Part shown: in pieces, positions 61,953 to 64,000 of the stretch
How the letters are laid out: each line of letters starts with the position of its first letter
How positions within the stretch are numbered: position 1 is the stretch's first letter
Source: a phage
Reading direction: 5' to 3' (one strand)
DNA: 64,000 nucleotides
Assembly (NCBI GenBank): GCA_014161675.1
Contig: GCA_014161675.1_4760.1
Position numbers and translations under genes: made by a program
The notes under the pieces: generated by a model
What the model was told of the DNA's origin: nothing
Databases searched by the model: none
Seen by the model: only the letters and a program-made list of their open reading frames with translations

Positions 61953-62429
61953 TTATTTTTCTTGATGCTCGCGATCGTACTTTTCGAAATAAAATTCTAC
62001 TGGCTGGTCGTGGATTGACAGCAAGCCAAAGCGTTTAGCCGCTCGCAATCCCATATTGCGCTGAATGTACTTCTGGAAGTTCTCGCGTATACACTTACGC
62101 CAGGATTCTAAGCCCATGCAGCTTTTATAAAGATTGCATTGCACACACGCCGGATTCATGTTATCAAGTATATCATGCTCCGGTTTATGCATTCCTACAA
62201 CCTTATACTTCCACGATCCATCATCATTACGGGCAATTCGTCCATTTTCATCATAGACTACCTTTGAGCGTCGCAATACTGGTTTGATGTGGTCTGCGTG
62301 CCAGCGATCCCCTAGTTCCTCGCCACAATAGGCACAACGTCCACCATATTTCATTTTCAGGATCTGGCGTTGATCTTTCTTTGACAATTTTTTAGGTTTA
62401 GGGGCTTTCGCCCCTTCATTATCACACAT
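61953..62429 (-). CDS. HNH endonuclease (free-standing, putative homing endonuclease)
   Basis: CAYCGEEL...WHADHIKPV...NMNPACVQCNLYK (Cys pairs flanking H-x-D-H and Asn); start overlaps the ligase stop. Confidence 0.7.
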   Translation of the reverse strand: MCDNEGAKAPKPKKLSKKDQRQILKMKYGGRCAYCGEELGDRWHADHIKPVLRRSKVVYDENGRIARNDDGSWKYKVVGMHKPEHDILDNMNPACVQCNLYKSCMGLESWRKCIRENFQKYIQRNMGLRAAKRFGLLSIHDQPVEFYFEKYDREHQEK

Positions 62430-63924
62430 CGAATACCTCTTTTACTGTATTTGCAGTGGTCTTGTCGTAGCGAATACGTTTGATGATTGGGAGAAATAAA
62501 GAGAACTCCGGTTCATCTTCTTTACGTGATTTGCTGCGGATATACCCGTTGCATGTCATCTCAATGACTTTGCCAACCAGGTTATGACGGTCAGCCCATA
62601 ACATTTCTCGGTCGAGTTCATTTCGACGAACGAACGGAATTACACGTTCAGTACCATCATCACCTTTTTCGGTTGTAGTGTCGGTTAATCCCGATCCGGT
62701 GTTAGTCATCATTCGTCCGCACGCACTACGGACAGTAAAACCGCCTACCTTATTGGGGTCTTTACTATGCGGATATACGTCAACAATTTCCGCGTCGAAG
62801 TCAATCACTTCTTTAAATTTAACCTGATCTTTACTACGGCGATCTTCAAATACACCATGTAAATTTTTAAGGATAATACCTTCTAAGCCCATGTTGACAT
62901 AACGATGATATACTTCGCGAGCTTCATCGATATTGTTAACTACAGTATTTTCGATTATCTGAACACGAGGATCGTTAAGTTCTTCAACAATCTGTTTTAG
63001 TTCTTCGAATCGATCTTTATATTGCTTCGTTGCTTTCTCGTTTCCATAATACACATCACGGTCGATAACATCCCAGACAGTGTAAACAATACATTGGGCT
63101 TCTTCTTTTGGAATAGTTCCTTTAAGTGATTTGTTGAGGATACCATTTCCGGTCTGACGATCTGCAACAACGGATTCTTTCACTGCTTCCGCTACTGGCG
63201 TTAATGGCATTTCCTCTTCTTCAAATATCCATGACAGAGTACCATCATAAACGCTCTCAACGAAGTTCTGCGCTGGTGTTTGCGAAAGGGTAGGCATATA
63301 TACCAATTCGCCATCTAGAACAATTCCACGGCCTCGTAGACGCTCTAAAACCGCAAACAAATCATCAAGCCCTTGATAGGTATTACCTGAGCGGGTATAG
63401 ATTGCTAATGTTTCCCCGTCAATATCAGCCATACCACGAGCGCCATCGCTTTTAAGTTGTGCATACGCCGGATACTTGATATTAGCAATAGTCTTATCAG
63501 AACATGACGATGCAAGGTGGCACGGCTGCTGGGGGATCAGTTTCTTCCATACCTTGTTTGCAGTGGTAGCTGAACAGCCGCATTCCAGATCACGATTCAG
63601 GACCATCATTGCAACTTTAGCATCATCCTCTGACAAGCAAGTCAGAGTATCGGTAACTAGCTGTAATGCTGCATTACCAGTTACTTGACGCGTGGCAAGT
63701 TTATTTTTAAAGACCTGTAATGCACCGGATAAAGATAATACAGACGAATAGCGAGATGGTTTATCGTATTTCTTTACGCCAAACGTAACCTGTTTGCAAT
63801 ATGCCAGATAAAAGCATTCTTTCAGCGTTTCATTGCTCGCGGATTCTTTCAGAATCTTTTCTTTCAGCGATGTTTTGTCTGTTGCTGCAAGCTGATTAAT
63901 GATATTAAGAATTGACATTTTCAC
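62422..63924 (-). CDS. 30: ATP-dependent DNA ligase (gp30)
   Basis: Adenylation motif KSDGAR (T4 KADGAR); further identical blocks with T4 ligase (LVYH/M, GIANKSLKGTI..EAQC, GLEGIILKN, KFKEVIDVD). Confidence 0.9.
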   Translation of the reverse strand: MKMSILNIINQLAATDKTSLKEKILKESASNETLKECFYLAYCKQVTFGVKKYDKPSRYSSVLSLSGALQVFKNKLATRQVTGNAALQLVTDTLTCLSEDDAKVAMMVLNRDLECGCSATTANKVWKKLIPQQPCHLASSCSDKTIANIKYPAYAQLKSDGARGMADIDGETLAIYTRSGNTYQGLDDLFAVLERLRGRGIVLDGELVYMPTLSQTPAQNFVESVYDGTLSWIFEEEEMPLTPVAEAVKESVVADRQTGNGILNKSLKGTIPKEEAQCIVYTVWDVIDRDVYYGNEKATKQYKDRFEELKQIVEELNDPRVQIIENTVVNNIDEAREVYHRYVNMGLEGIILKNLHGVFEDRRSKDQVKFKEVIDFDAEIVDVYPHSKDPNKVGGFTVRSACGRMMTNTGSGLTDTTTEKGDDGTERVIPFVRRNELDREMLWADRHNLVGKVIEMTCNGYIRSKSRKEDEPEFSLFLPIIKRIRYDKTTANTVKEVFDV

Positions 63925-64000
63925 CTCGTTTTGTTAAACGTTCACGAATATCATTGAGGATACTACAAAATTCCGATTCAGTCAATATAGTCTTTAACGG
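63905..64000 (-). CDS. Partial CDS (C-terminal 31 codons; gene starts beyond window end), unknown product
   Basis: Open frame entering from the right edge, stop at 63905-63907, overlapping the ligase start by ~20 nt. Confidence 0.3.
   Translation of the reverse strand, partial: PLKTILTESEFCSILNDIRERLTKRGENVNS

Overview
This window is a nearly complete virion-structural (late) region of a T4-like myovirus, read from memory of the T4 gene order and protein sequences; no database search was possible. Gene order matches T4 from 57B/57A-1-3-2-4 (minus strand) through 53-5-5.1-5.4-6-7-8-9-10-11-12-wac-13-14-15-16-17-18-19-20-67-68-21-22-23-24 (plus strand), then hoc-inh (minus), uvsW-uvsW.1 (plus), uvsY-25-26 (minus), 51-27-28-29-48-54 (plus), alt (minus), a hyperplastic block of small minus-strand genes, and DNA ligase (gene 30). 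Several accessory insertions interrupt this backbone. The most striking is in the large terminase gene 17: it is broken exactly at the Walker-B 'IYIDE|C' site by an intein-like element whose coding sequence is divided between two overlapping ORFs in different frames. The upstream ORF carries a ~26-aa N-fragment fused to a zinc-ribbon plus PD-(D/E)XK-like nuclease domain; the downstream ORF carries a 106-aa C-fragment ending in His-Asn before a +1 Cys. This looks like an atypically split intein with an associated homing-endonuclease-like domain. Other notable features: an early-promoter cassette with a gamma-class N6-adenine methyltransferase-like gene inserted between baseplate genes 8 and 9; a fibritin with a C1q/TNF-like extension after the foldon; a second ADP-ribosyltransferase plus lipoprotein next to alt; a DprA/Smf-like gene where T4 has rnlB; and a ~7 kb hyperplastic region between alt and gene 30 in which most small genes have their own sigma70-type promoter with a palindromic spacer. 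That region contains a 5-gene operon with a compact C5-cytosine-methyltransferase-like protein, a zinc-ribbon protein and a DUF262/ParB-like protein, a six-member paralog family with a conserved H-x-H-W motif, and an HNH endonuclease downstream of ligase.
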